DNA of 64,000 bases from Heteronotia binoei (taxonomy: Eukaryota), in the NCBI RefSeq assembly GCF_032191835.1, contig NC_083227.1, positions 76,508,001-76,572,000 of the forward strand, read 5' to 3'. The notes under the pieces are model-generated. The model searched no databases, was not told where the DNA came from, and saw only the letters and a program-made list of their open reading frames with translations. The position numbers and the translations under genes were made by a program. This document shows positions 26,211 to 38,762 of the stretch, in pieces. How positions within the stretch are numbered: position 1 is the first letter of the stretch; the number at the start of each line of letters is the position of its first letter.

Positions 26211-26392
26211 CAGGGCTTTTTTTGCAGCAGATACTCCTTTGCATATTAGGCCACACACTCCTGATGTAGCCAGTCCTCCAAGAGTTTACAGGGCTCTTAG
26301 TACAGGGCCTACTGTAAGATCCAGGAGGATTGGCTACATTAGGGGTGTGTGGCCTAATATGCAAAGGAGTTCCTGCTACAAAAAAAGCCTGG
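26211..26392. mobile_element. Palindromic hAT MITE
   Basis: cagggctttttt...aaaaaagcctgg termini, near-complete fold-back, 8-bp TSD caaatgtt. Confidence 0.8.
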
Positions 26393-26530
26393 CAAATGTT
26401 GAAGATCATTTGTATCCTTGTTGTTTTCATAATGGCATTCCAGCAGAAGGGCTTCCCAGAAACACACAGGTAACATGCACAACACTGGAGTTCTGTGAAC
26501 AAAACTCTAGATGTGTGTTGGGGTGGGGGA

Positions 26531-26810
26531 GGTAGTCCCCTGTGCAAGCACCAATTGTTTCCGACTCTGGGGTTACGTCACATCATGACATTTTCACTGC
26601 AGACTTTTTACGGAATGGTTTGCAATTGCCTTCCCCAGTCATCTACACTCCCCCCCCAGCAAGCTGGGTACTCATTTTACTGACCTTGGAAGGATGGAAG
26701 GCTGAGTCAGCCTTGTGCCAGCTACCTGAACCCAGCTTCCGCCAGGATCAAACTCAGGTCATCAGCAGAGCTTGGACTGCAGCACTGCAGTTTACCACTC
26801 TGTGCCACTG
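26531..26810 (-). mobile_element. Sauria SINE (Squam1-like)
   Basis: Reverse-complement homologue of 23986-24270. Confidence 0.85.
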
Positions 26811-27294
26811 CTGCAGAGAGGCCCAGTGTGGTGCTTGGGAAGAGGGGATTTCTCTCCCTCCCCCCATGCCACTTTCATGTTCAGAAATCCTCCTCTCCAA
26901 CTCCTTTAAGCCCAAGTATGGAATTAAAAAAAAGAGGTATCCATAACAGGAAGTTGTTAAGACAAAAAAGAGGAGAGAGAATGATGTTGTAAGCTGTGTT
27001 GGTTGAGAGAAGTAGGGTATGAACATCTAAATAAACAAATAATTGTAGAAGCACTAACACCTTCAAGGAGAAACACAGATATAGATAATCAACCTAGAAT
27101 CAGAGCTCATTGGTAGAAGACACTTAAAGCCTCATTCCCTGGGAGAATAATGCAAACCTAATTGACAGGGTTTAAAAGGACATTGAAACTCTGCTAAATG
27201 TATGTGGCGACTGATGCTGTCAGATCTCCTGGAATGACAGGAGACCTTCTACCAGCAGCCTTCTTTCCCAGCCCCCACTTGGAGGGCCAGTGGA

Positions 27295-27530
27295 AGGAGG
27301 AATGGGGGGAGTAGGTTTGCTAGATCTGTATTGAAAAATACCTGGAGACTTGGGGGTGGATCTGGGAGAGAGCAGGGTTTGGAGAGGGGAGGGACCTCAG
27401 CATGGTACAGTGCCATACAGTTCACTCTTCAAAGCAGCCATTTTCTCCAGGGGAGCTGATCTCTGTCAGCTGGAGATCAGTTGTAAAAGCGGGAGATCTC
27501 CAGGCCCCACCTGAAGGCTGGCAACCCTGA
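27295..27530. mobile_element. tagggttgcc-family MITE copy
   Basis: Ends ctggcaaccct and shares internal ttctccaggggagctgatctc with other copies. Confidence 0.55.
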
Positions 27531-27591
27531 GAGGGAGTCATCTATGATGGTAATACGGTGATGTCACGTGGTCTGTCATGACCCAGAAGTT

Positions 27592-27720
27592 AGATCCAGG
27601 CGGGCAGCCGCGTTGGTCTGAAGCGATAGAACAAAGTAGGAGTCCAGTAGCACCTTTAAGACCAACAAAGTTTTATTCAGAATGTATGCTTTCATGTGCA
27701 TGCACACTTCTTCAGACGAG
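27592..27720 (-). mobile_element. Penelope-like element terminal (pseudo-LTR) fragment
   Basis: The reverse complement contains ctgaagaag...gaataaaactttgttggtcttaaaggtgctactggactc, characteristic of reptile Penelope ends; related copy at 31692. Confidence 0.6.
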
Positions 27721-28971
27721 GAATGAGGTACAGTGAGCAGAGCTACATATAGCTGGTAGGCAGTGTTTTAGAATGCAAAATGGTACAAAGTTAAAATCCA
27801 ATGGCAGAAAAGCAAAATTAACAAATTGAGCAAACCTTTGATCTGGGTAGCATTACCGTGGGAAACCAATAAAACAGTAACATGTGAGAATGTCAGCTGA
27901 TATTCTCCAAGCCAGGGTGACCAATTACATGTAGTGCTCTCAGGAAAGAAGCAAGTTTGTAGCATGGAGGTGCATTCAGATTCTAAATACAATTTGAAAT
28001 TGCTTAAATGTCTTGTGCCCAGCATATATGAATATCTATTTGCTTCCAAATAAGTGCTGCACATTCATGTACCTGAGAGGCTTTTCACCTGTCTTCTGCT
28101 GGGCTGGCCCTAGACTGCCTGGCACCCTAGGCAAGGCTAACTTCTCTTCCCCCCCCCCCCGCACTGATAATGTCACCAAGTCACACGGGCGGTGCCCAAT
28201 TTGGTGCCCCCAGAAGGCCAGCACCCTAGGCAATCACCTAGTTTGCCTAATGGCCAGCCCTGTAGAGGCCAGAGTTATGTCCTTTTAAGTGTGGCTTCAC
28301 ATCTATGGAAACCTCTACCCAGCGGTCTCCAGTAGGTAGCTTATGAACCTGCCTGCTTCAGAGGTTCAGGAAGTGATTGTGAAAATATGTACTCTAGATT
28401 TTTTTTTAAAAAGTCTTTCATGGGATTTTTCTCTGCATTGATTACCTTAGAGCTTCATTTCTGGTGTTCCATCTTGTCCACATTCTATTCTTAGGAGAGG
28501 AAATAAACTTGGTAGCATTCCAGGGGGTGGGGAGGAAGTAGCTGAGAATATTTTTCATTACTCTGAATTAGCTTTCATTAAAGAGGAGGTTGGCAAACTT
28601 TGGTCCAGGATTGCTTGGTGCCTTGGCTATTGGCATTTGGGCGTCAGGCAACCCCTTTTTTATTGTCTCTGGCATACGTTTTTTATTTCGCTGACTTATA
28701 CTGCTGTTTGATTATTGTTCTGTTCTGTCACAACTGAGATCTGGTTGACTTAATCATTTTTAAAAATCTGTACTTGGTGTTTTTCGTATTGATTGTTTTA
28801 TGGATTTTGTTGGCCACTTTGCGCAATTGTTTATCGCTGGGGGGAAAAGAAAATAACAGTTATTTTAATAAATATGGAAATCTGGTAAATCAAACGATGC
28901 CATGGGATACCAGGGCAAGGGAAATGATAAAGAGTCTTCAAGAGACCCCAGGGACACCCTGACCTGGACAG

Positions 28972-29025
28972 CCCAGGCAAGCCAGATCTCAACAGATCTT
29001 GGAAGCTAAGCAGGGCCAACTCTGG
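28972..29025 (+). mobile_element. 5S rRNA-derived SINE-like fragment
   Basis: cagatctc...gatcttggaagctaagcagggcc matches the 5S internal region; same context (ctgga.agcccagg) as 17165. Confidence 0.55.
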
Positions 29026-31081
29026 CAAGAACATGAAATACCAGAAGTCAAGAGGCAGGGGCAGGCTTTGTCCAGCCACTTCTCTGAATATCCTCCAGGC
29101 TCCCAATAGGGGTCAGTCACCAGAGGACACCATGACTTCCAGGTGCACACACACACATATAAATACAAAAATACCGCTCCTCCCAAAAAAAGACACCAGG
29201 GACATCACATCTACATAATGTAGGTGGAGCCAGAACCAGGTAAAATAGTGGCTTTTCTGTAGGATTGCCAGCCAGCAGTAGGCATGCAGGGGGGCAGGGA
29301 TATGGGGTTGCTGTTATGCATCAGCATTAATTCAGTTCTGGGCAAAACCACCAGCAAGCCTCTCTAGAAATTGCTGGAAATTCAGTGGTAAAACTGTGAT
29401 TTCCCCAACCCCTTCCACTGGTTGCAGCAGTGCTGGTAGGCAACAAGAGCTGGGGAGGGGATATTTCCCACTTCCAGGGGGCAAATGGCAAGCCAGCTTG
29501 CCTATTTCATGAGCTCATGGCTCAAGCTGCAGTTGAATCAAGGACTTCGAAGCTGATCACTTTAGCCATTATCCTGCTCCATATTGTGGCAGCAAGGCCA
29601 GTCTAAAGGTCTCTGGCACGTTGTGCAATTTCCCCCAGTGTCACAGTGAAGTTCTTCCCACAGGAGCTGGGGATTGCAGCACTCCTACCACCAATCCTGG
29701 ATGCAGTAATGAAGAAGACCCACCACCACCACCTGGGTGTATCTTAGCGATTGTCATGGGTCAGTCAGGAGAGGAGGATTCCAAAGGAGGAAAGGAATCC
29801 TGCTCTGAAGCAGCAGAAGCCGGCAAGCAAGAAGATGCACTGTGGGCTTGTCAGAGTTCACAGCTGATGCAGAGCCACTAGCACCTTCCAGCCTCCTCCC
29901 AACAGATGAAACCAGGTGGTTGTTACCAGCCTTCCACTGCGTAATGCCTTCTGATCCTGCTCTGGACCAGGCAATAGAAGAAGGCACCACCTGTTGCATG
30001 AGTACCTTGGCACAGTGCCACCCACCCCTCCCAGTCTCACAATGCTGTGGGAAGGCTGGTTGGTGCCCCTCTAGGTCTGGGACAGGTTGGTTCCTTGGTG
30101 ATTGTCTAGGTATGCGTACTTGATAGGCTGACTTTGCGTGGCTGACAGAGTATTCAGGTGGACAGAAGGTCATCTTTCAACTCTGGAGACTCGGGTTCTG
30201 TTTCTTTCTTGATCATGAATAAACTAGACAGACCTTTGAGCCACGGTTCTTTCCTTTTTGCACAATGATCCCACAATCTTGCCAAGCTCCCACAAGAATG
30301 AATGAAGTAATTAATATAGTGTACCTTGTCTACTTAAAAGGGATATAAATTATTTAGTACTTGAATTTAGCTATCAGAAGCAAAGGACCAGATTTGTACT
30401 ACATTCTCTGGAAATGGTGGATGTGGACAATAATCTATTAAATTAATATTTATTATTAAATTTTATTTTTATACCACCCATTCCTTGTAAATAGGGCTTG
30501 GGGCAATGTACAACACATTTCACTTAATATTGCTGATTCCTGGAATCAATGAAGGGTTTTTTTCACTTTCTAAGTATATATTGAAAAATCTAGTGCTTTT
30601 GATTAAAATGTCATAATCTATTTTCCAGGAAAGGCTGGCTTTCATTAATGGAAGGCACATGGAGTTTTCCTGTATTCCTTTGGTTCCTTCAGCCCCTTCT
30701 GACCGCCAGAAAAGCTGTTTTGGAGTTCCAGAAACCACATGGCAGAATAGCTGTGTGGGTAGAGGGCTGGAGTAAGGAGGGTCAAGGGGAGGAAATTGCC
30801 TTTTAGTAGAGCTCTCCCTGTGGAAGGGGGAGGGAAAGCCATTTCACTCCTTTGTTGCTGTGTGCTTCTGGCCCCTTGACCTTTGCATGTCTTTCTGGGG
30901 GTGAGAATGACCTGAAAGAACAGAGAGTGGACAGGTCCTTTTTGGGGACTAAGAGAACCCACATAGCCTCTTATGATTTGAGAGGACTGCGTTTTGAATT
31001 GTAAATTGTTTTGAATTTGTTTTGAATTTTCTTCAATTGCAAGATGTTATTAGGGTAGTAAGAATAAAGAATTTGAGTTCA

Positions 31082-31322
31082 AGAGCCAGTGTGGTGTAGT
31101 GGTGGACTCTAATCGGGGAGAACCAGGTATGATTCCCCACTCCTCCCCCACATGAAGCCAGCTGGGTGACCTTGCATCAGTCATGGTTCTCTCAGAACTC
31201 TCTAAGCCCTACCTGCTCATAGTGCCAGTTATGGAGAGAGGAAGGGAAGGCAATTGTAAGCTGCTTTGAAACTCCTTTGGATAGAGAAAAACTGGATATA
31301 AAACCCAATTCTCCTCCTCCTC
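31082..31322 (+). mobile_element. Squam3-like SINE
   Basis: agagccagtgtggtgtagtgg head and (TCC)n tail. Confidence 0.75.
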
Positions 31323-31691
31323 CTCTGTGTGGTGAGTTTTATGGTGAGCAAGAAGAACATAGAGATCACTGAAGCTAGAGTTGTATGTGAATAGCAAAGC
31401 ATATTTATTTATTTACAGGTTTAAAAAGAAAAGATCAGCACTGTTTTCCAGATCGTAATAGGAGAAACCTGGCTGAGGCACATAATTTTAAGTTAGTGAT
31501 GGCTTCAGAGTGTGGTTTAATTCTACTTAATGATTTCAGGTACAAATAAGCTAGTCACTAGGTTGGATCCTTTCATACACACAGGGTTCCACCCACACCA
31601 GCCTACCCAAAAGTAAGACTAAATGGTACAAGGTCTGCTCATCACCAGAAACAGGCCTAACAACCAGGTACTCTAACCTAGAATCATAGAA

Positions 31692-31822
31692 ATAAATCCA
31701 AGTGGGCAGTCGTAGTGGTCTGAAGCAGTTGAACAAAGCAGGAGTCAAGCGCACCTTTAACACCAACAAAGTTTTATTCCGAACGTAAGCTTTTGTGTGC
31801 TAAAAGCAGGCTTCTTCAGACG
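31692..31822 (-). mobile_element. Penelope-like terminal fragment
   Basis: Homologous to 27592-27720. Confidence 0.6.
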
Positions 31823-32019
31823 AGGGAATCAGGTACACTGTTTTCCATGCACAGATTGTTGAATTTAGGCACCTATATCTTAATTCCATTTAAACATACT
31901 CTCCGTGGCTGTGAGTAGATGGAACTTTAAGAGAGGTGAAGAAAAATCACAGGCATGCTTTCCTGTTTCTCCTCCATTTATTTATTTATATTTGTGAATT
32001 AAGATATTTATGTCACACC

Positions 32020-32960
32020 TTTCCTTTCTGGTTAAAACAATTTTATTGGTAACATATGGTAATAAATCTGTTTCTTACATGTTTAAAAACTTCTTTTATC
32101 TACCCCATATATTACTTTCTACTCACCCCTCCCCCCGTTACTTGACCCTCGCCGGTGTTATTTACTTAAAATGCAAATATTTAAAGGTACCCTTTACTAT
32201 TAAAACAAAAAATTATATTCTTCTTCTTTTTAAAACTTAATCATTATCAAAAATTGTCCAATGTCCTTTTATTTTCCACTCTTTTTCTGCATGTCTTCTA
32301 AACTTTTTCCACTCCGTCTTAAAAACTTCTAAATCATAGTCTCTTTAATATTCTTGTTAATTTGTCCATTTCACTCCATGTCATAACTTTTATAATCCAA
32401 TCCCATTTCTCTGGTATTTTTTCTTGCTTCCACAACTGCGCATATAATGTCCTACCAGCTGAAAGCAAGTACTAAGTTACAGTTCTATCTTCTTTTGGAA
32501 ATTTTTCCATTTGTAATCCCAATAGAAAAGTCTCTGCAACTTTCTTAAATTCATATCCCAAGATCTTAGAAATTTTTTGCTGACTCATCTGCCAATACTT
32601 TTTTGCTCTTTCACAAGTCCACCACATATGGTAGAAAGAACCTTCATGTTTTTTACATTTCCAACATCTGTCTGGCATCTTATTGTTCATCTTTGCCAAT
32701 TTTTTAGGAGTCATATACCACCTATACATCATTTTAAAACAGTTCTCTTTAATACTATGAGATCTTCATAGAATTCTTCCACAAGTATTCCCAAGTTTCC
32801 ATCTGTATTTCTTTATTTACATTAATTGCCCATTTAATCATTTGAGATTTCACTACTTCATCCTCCGTAGACCATTTCAAAAGTAATTTATATATTTTTA
32901 TATATATAATTTCAAAAATGTCACGCCTTTTCTTGTGGCTCAAGGCAACTTGCCATTCAC
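32020..32960 (-). mobile_element. 5'-truncated L1 (ORF2 C-terminus plus 3' UTR)
   Basis: ORF2 C-terminal cysteine-rich motif CWKC...HMWWTC in ORF 32472-32732; A-rich minus strand. Confidence 0.8.
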
Positions 32961-34181
32961 AAGTGAAAATATAATCTAAAACTTCCAGACAAAGGCCCCA
33001 AACAACTTGGTTCCAAATACTTGTAGTTCATATCCCATTAAAAAAAACTCTGGCAGCTCCTCCTAAAAATGTCTAGAGATGGCACTTCCTTTACCTCACC
33101 TGTTCCACACTTCCTTTACCTCACCTGTTCCACAAGGTGGGAGCTGCAATGCAGAACACAAAGTCTTGGGTTGATACCTGGCAAGCTACCTTAAATGAGG
33201 GAACAGCCAATTGGCAGCAGCCTGAGAACCATAGTTGGCACATGGGGACCTATGTTTGCTGCTGAATGGAAATGTGTTGTCCATTTTGATCAGCAGAAGT
33301 TGGAAAAGCACAATGACAAGAGGATGGGATAGAGAAAGTCCCAGTGGTTATGTGTCACCTTGCACTCCTGCAAAAAAGAGTAGATTGAAGCATGATGCAG
33401 ATATATTCTGCCTCATTTCATCCCAGTCATTTACTGGTGGAATCATATTTGACTCTTATTTAGATGCCATCATGGCAGAGAGTTCCAGCCCACTATGTCT
33501 AGCTATTTGTTGCACTATAATTATAGACTGGAGCTGCCTATTCTTATTAAGGGAGTCAACATTAAGATGTATAGCTAAATTCCCTGCCTAGATCTTGGTC
33601 AATTTGTGCCCCTTAGGTATGTTGCTGACTTCAAGGCTGCCATTTTAACTGTAGCAGCCACATGCTCCTTTGCTTCTGACAAAACTGGTGGTGTGATATG
33701 GAGTTACTGCAGTCAGATTGACAGTTAGGATCAGGTTGTAGGGGAAAGTTTATGAGAAGCAGATTTATAGGTTGCTGAGCTCTGCTTGGGAAATGGTTTT
33801 GCTGCATTCCATTCGGTGTATTGGCATGACAGTTTGGGAGGGCTTCACTTATCCTTCAGTGAATAAGGGAAGGATCAATGTACAATTGCATTCAGGCACA
33901 TCATAGGGAGAGGCAGGAGCAGCTGAGTCAGCCAGTCAGTCATTGTTTGAATTGGGCAGAAATCAATGACCCAGGGATAACATTGGCTTGCATTGACTTA
34001 TTATGTATAGCTTGCTGTGGACTTGGATCCAGCCTTTGCTGGCTGTGTATAGAACGTGCGCAGCAGCAAGGAACACAAACAATATGGAGTAACTTTATTG
34101 TTTCTTGTCTTATCTGGACTTTGACTCCTGATTTCTTTCTGGTTTTTCTCAAGGCCTGCTTCCCTGTTCCTTGAATTGATT

Positions 34182-34234
34182 TAAGAACATAAGAGAAGCC
34201 ATGTTGGATCAGGCCAATGGCCCATCCAGTCCAA
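34182..34234 (-). mobile_element. 53-bp CR1 extreme 3' end, inverted
   Basis: Exact reverse complement of 35591-35643. Confidence 0.8.
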
Positions 34235-34482
34235 TGTAGCCTTTGTCCATCAATTTCCTTTCTCCATTCACATTGAACCTAAACTAATTTTTGCTGCCTT
34301 TGGGGTATTCCATTGTGTTGGCTGCAGTCTTAACTAAATATGTGACAAGCCCACTACAGATCCATTGCAGTTTGGAAGAGTGTGATTCAGTTTGAAGCAG
34401 CAGCAGGGAGGGAAGAGAACACTTAACTTGTTCTCAGCCCACTACTTCTCTGCTGTGAATACCCTCTGCCTTCATCTGTTTT

Positions 34483-35521
34483 TCCAGTCATGGAGTAAAA
34501 GGACAGGTCCTCTTGTGGATAAAAAACTGGCTAATTAATAGGAAGCAGAGAGTGAGTATAAATGGGCAGTCTTCGCAGTGGAGGACGGTAAGCAGTGGGG
34601 TGCCGCAGGGCTCAGTACTGGGTCCCATGCTCTTTAACTTGTTCATAAATGATTTGGAGTTGAGAGTAAGCAGTGAAGTGGCCAAGTTTGCAGATGACAC
34701 TAAATTGTTCAGGGTGGGAGAACCAGAGAGGATTGTGAGGAAGTCCAAAGGGATCAGTTGAGACTGGGTGAGTGGGCGTCAACGTGGCAGATGAGATTCA
34801 ATGTGGCCAAGTGCAAAGTAATGCACATTGGGGTCAAGAATCCCAGCTACAAATACAAGTTGATGGGGTGTGAACTGGCAGAGACTGACCAAGAGAGAGA
34901 TCTTGGGGTCGTGGTAGATAACTCACTGAAAATGTCAAGACAGTGTGCGATTGCAATAAAAAAGGCCAACGCCATGCTGGGAATTATTAGGAAGGGAATT
35001 GAAAATAAATCAGCCAATATCATAATGCCCCTGTATAAATCGATGGTGCGGTGTCATTTGGAGTATTGTGTGCAATTCTGGTCACCGCATCTCAAAAAGG
35101 ATATTATAGCATTGGAAAAAGTCCAGAAAAGGGCAACTAGAATGATTAAAGGTTTGGAACACTTTCCCTATGAAGAAAGGTTAAAATGCTTGGGGCTCTT
35201 TAGCTTGGAGAAACGTCAACTGTGGGGAGACATGATAGAGGTTTACAAGATTATGCATGGGATGGAGAAGGTAGAGAAAGAAGCACTTTTCTCCCTTTCT
35301 CACAATACAAGAATTCGTGGACATTCAATGAAATTGCTGAGCAGTCGGGTTAGAATGGATAAAAGGAGGTACTTCTTCACCCAAAGGATGATTAACATGT
35401 GGAATTCACTGCCACAGGAGGTGGTAGCAGCTACAAGCACAGCCAGCTTCAAGAGGGGGTTGGATAAAAATATGGAGTAGAGGTCCATCAGTGGCTATTA
35501 GCCACAGTATGTGTGTGTGTT

Positions 35522-35559
<38 letters not shown>

Positions 35560-35643
35560 AATAAATTTTTGGCCACTGTGTGACAGAGTGTTGGACTGGA
35601 TGGGCCATTGGCCTGATCCAACATGGCTTCTCTTATGTTCTTA
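34483..35643 (+). mobile_element. 5'-truncated CR1 LINE (RT C-terminus, 3' UTR with (TG)/(TA) microsatellite)
   Basis: [46 protein letters not shown]; ends ttctcttatgttctta. Confidence 0.95.
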
Positions 35644-35842
35644 GTGGCTTAGAAATACCATCTGTTGGAGTTTCATCATATTCATTTGCATGTATCTTGT
35701 CACTGGAATGATGTGCCCTGCTTAGAGCTTCTTGGAGGATGGGAAGGATAAAACTACCTCAAATAAATAAGTGTTGGTACTCCACTCCATCCGACTTGAT
35801 TGGTGTATATGATATTTACAAAATATTATTTATCTTAAAGTG

Positions 35843-36050
35843 TTTCAGAGAGTAACCATATTGGTCTGCAGTAGAACAGTCAGATTTGGGTGGAGTTGCA
35901 CGTTAGAGACCAACAAGATTTTCAGGATGTAAGCTTTCGAGAGTCAAAGCTCCCTTTATCAAAGTCTGCCTAAAGAAGCTTTGACTCATGAAAGCTTACA
36001 TCCTGAAAATCTTGTTGGCCCCTGAGGTGATACTAGATTCAAATCTAACT
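35843..36050. mobile_element. Penelope-like inverted terminal pair (hairpin)
   Basis: accaacaagattttcaggatgtaagctttc.agagtcaaagct is paired with agctttgactcatgaaagcttacatcctgaaaatcttgttgg. Confidence 0.6.
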
Positions 36051-36116
36051 ATTCTATGTTAGATTGTAATTTGGGAAGGGGGGCTTGGATCTGCCTGTTT
36101 CCCCCTTACTCTGAAA

Positions 36117-36396
36117 CAGGGATGGCCATACTTGCATAATGTAAGAGCAAATTGAATATATGTCAGATGTTTGAGAGTTGCAAGACAGGAACGTCAGATG
36201 TTTGAAAGCAGAAAGGGAGGGAGTTGGAAAGAAAGCAACTTTAACTTTAAATGCATTCTCCAAGCCACTGACTGGCTTGGCTTGGAGAAGTGATTTAAAG
36301 AAACAAATGCCTTCTCCAAGCCGCCCATCGGTGGTGGGGGCTTCAAGAGCCACACAATATGTGTGAAAGAGCCACATGTGCTCTGAGCCACCCCTG
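36117..36396. mobile_element. hAT non-autonomous element
   Basis: cagggatggc...gccacccctg termini and a perfect 8-bp TSD ctctgaaa. Confidence 0.85.
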
Positions 36397-37394
36397 CTCT
36401 GAAATATGGTGCTATGTAAATAATCATTAAAATAATATAGCCCAGAAACCAGTTTGTGGATAGATTATATATAGGTAGATCTGGTTGTTTCTGTGAACAG
36501 GATTGTTAGAGAGGTGAGGCCTATGCCAAGTATGCACAACTCTTGCTCATCCTTGACTTAGGTCAAAACTGGTTGATTGGGAGTTAGTATAAATGCTGCT
36601 CTTCAGCAGATGACAGGGAAGGAAGTTGAAGGCTGTACTGATGAAGTGCCTTTGCTTCTTCATTAATATTGTACAACACCAGATCAGTGAAGAATAAAAC
36701 TACACACTGGGTTGCGGGGGGAGGGGGGATTGATCTGGATTGTACTGGATTCTGGAGCATTTTTAGCTGCTATGTGAGTCTTTCAAAGGTTGTGATTGGC
36801 CCCATAAGAGATCAACGGATATACCTTAGACTTAATTTTTTTATACCGGGCCAGGGGAGAGGTCTGGTTTGGGGACTGGGGGTTCAGTCTGTTCTGGTGC
36901 CACATTCACTCATGCTACGGACTCCTTAAGGCATGAGTGAATCTGGCACCCACACTCTGCAGGAGACATATGCATTCAGTTTGGTTCTGGGATGCACTGC
37001 GGCAAGGCATGGTGGTTAAAATAGTCTACCCATGAGACTTATAGATACTATTTGATTCTGGAACTCCATGGGGAACTCCCAAATGACAGCATCACTGGAG
37101 ACTGCTGTGGGAGCTTGAAATGAGAAGTTCTGAGAAGCTATTGATATGGTTTCCTGCAGTTGAGGTAGAACCCAGCACCTCTAGATCCTTGTCCACTCTG
37201 GTTGCTGCAATCATATAAGGATCACATCAGTGAGTCTCTGATATCCATCAAAACTCAATCACTGATTCAGGGTGCCTTCCCTCAGACATTAAAACAGGTG
37301 ATCAGCTGTCCATTTCTTAAAAAAACAACACCAGCACTAGCAAATAATAATGTGGCTAATTATTGTACTTTCTGGATATGATGATGAAGTGGTT

Positions 37395-37800
37395 ATAGAA
37401 CAACTCCAGGTATTCTTGGATGACTTGTTTCCTCTAGACCTTTTTCAGTCTGGCTTCAGGCTGGACTCTGGAATGCAGATTATGTTTGTGGATTTGGTTG
37501 ACAATCTCTGAATGGAGATGAGCTTTGCTTCTTTGTTGCTTTAACCAGTATTGGTTGCTTGGCCAGCTGTGTCCCTTCCAAAGCATGGAATTTTGCCATT
37601 ATTGCTTAATGGTGCAAGCATTGGCTTCTGCTGTAAAACTTGAGTTGCCTTTCAAGGATGTTTGGAAAATGTAGTATTCCAGAATATAGCTGCCAGGTTG
37701 TTTATGGACATAGGCCACCAAGAGCATGTTAATCTTAATTGCCAGGTTGTTTCTTGTCTGATGGACAGTGCTGGCCACTGAAATCTTAAATGGTATGACA
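37395..37800 (+). mobile_element. Old L2 RT remnant
   Basis: Decayed QLQVFLDD...PFQSGFR segment homologous to the L2 at 50753-51109. Confidence 0.55.
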
Positions 37801-37811
37801 ATATCTTAAGG

Positions 37812-38762
37812 CAGGGGTGTCGAACTCATTTGTTATGAGGGCCGGATTTGACATAGATGAGACCTTGTCGGGCCGGGCCATGTGTATCATAAAATGTAAT
37901 GCCAGGTAGTGGACATATAAACTTTATAAAGGGCACAGACACAATTAAAGATTTTTTAAACTTAAGATAAAACATGCTTAAAATATTAGCACGCTTGTAA
38001 TATTTTGTTTTAGTCTCTGATAAATGTCACCTCTTGCTATGAATTATTGCATCAAAAACTGCAGACAATGTCTGTGCTGTACCAGTCTTGAATATGTGCT
38101 GTTCAGGTGTGCACATCTGTAAGTTGCAAACCTCCTTTTGATTCATTGACATTCATTACAGAAATTTCATGGTCAATGCTTTGAGCCTAAAACTCAGAGG
38201 AACATGAAGCAGCTGGACACTGTGAACTTTTGTACAAAAGTTGCTTCATGTACTAATCAAGGACATGTGAAGGCACCATGGCACAGACAGAGGGTTATGT
38301 GCTTGTCTACAAAACTATAATTTCCCCCAGAAAAATGACTATAACTAAAAAAAATACAACTTCCTCCCAAAAAACAACTATAAGAACAGAGAGACAGCCA
38401 TGTACAGTGGTCAGTGACAGCCTACTATCTGGGAAGTCTAAATTCAAGACCCCCAATCAAAGGAAAATGTGAAAGAAAAAATAAGGAAAATTTGCTGGGT
38501 AAACCTGGGGTGGAACACACTCTCAGCCTAATTTTGATATTTCTCTTCTAAATAGTTCACATGCTTTCCTATTGAGAAAGACTGGAGGGCATGAGTACAG
38601 TGAAAAAGAGGAGGGGAACCCAGGCTGCTTTGCTGCTCTGGCCTGTCCGGGGAGAAACACAAAATGGTGACTGAAAAAAGCTGTCAAGGGAAGATGAAGC
38701 AGAAGGCAGCCAGTTGCTAAAGGGCCTGAACCGGCCTGTGGGCCATATGTTTGACACCCCTG
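37812..38762. mobile_element. hAT (Charlie-like) non-autonomous element, 951 bp
   Basis: caggggtgtc...gacacccctg TIRs and a perfect 8-bp TSD tcttaagg (37804-37811, 38763-38770). Confidence 0.88.

Noticed and set aside
33235-33700. 118-aa ORF, considered as a possible endogenous viral element
   Set aside because: No viral motif recognised; more likely an ancient LINE endonuclease remnant or chance.
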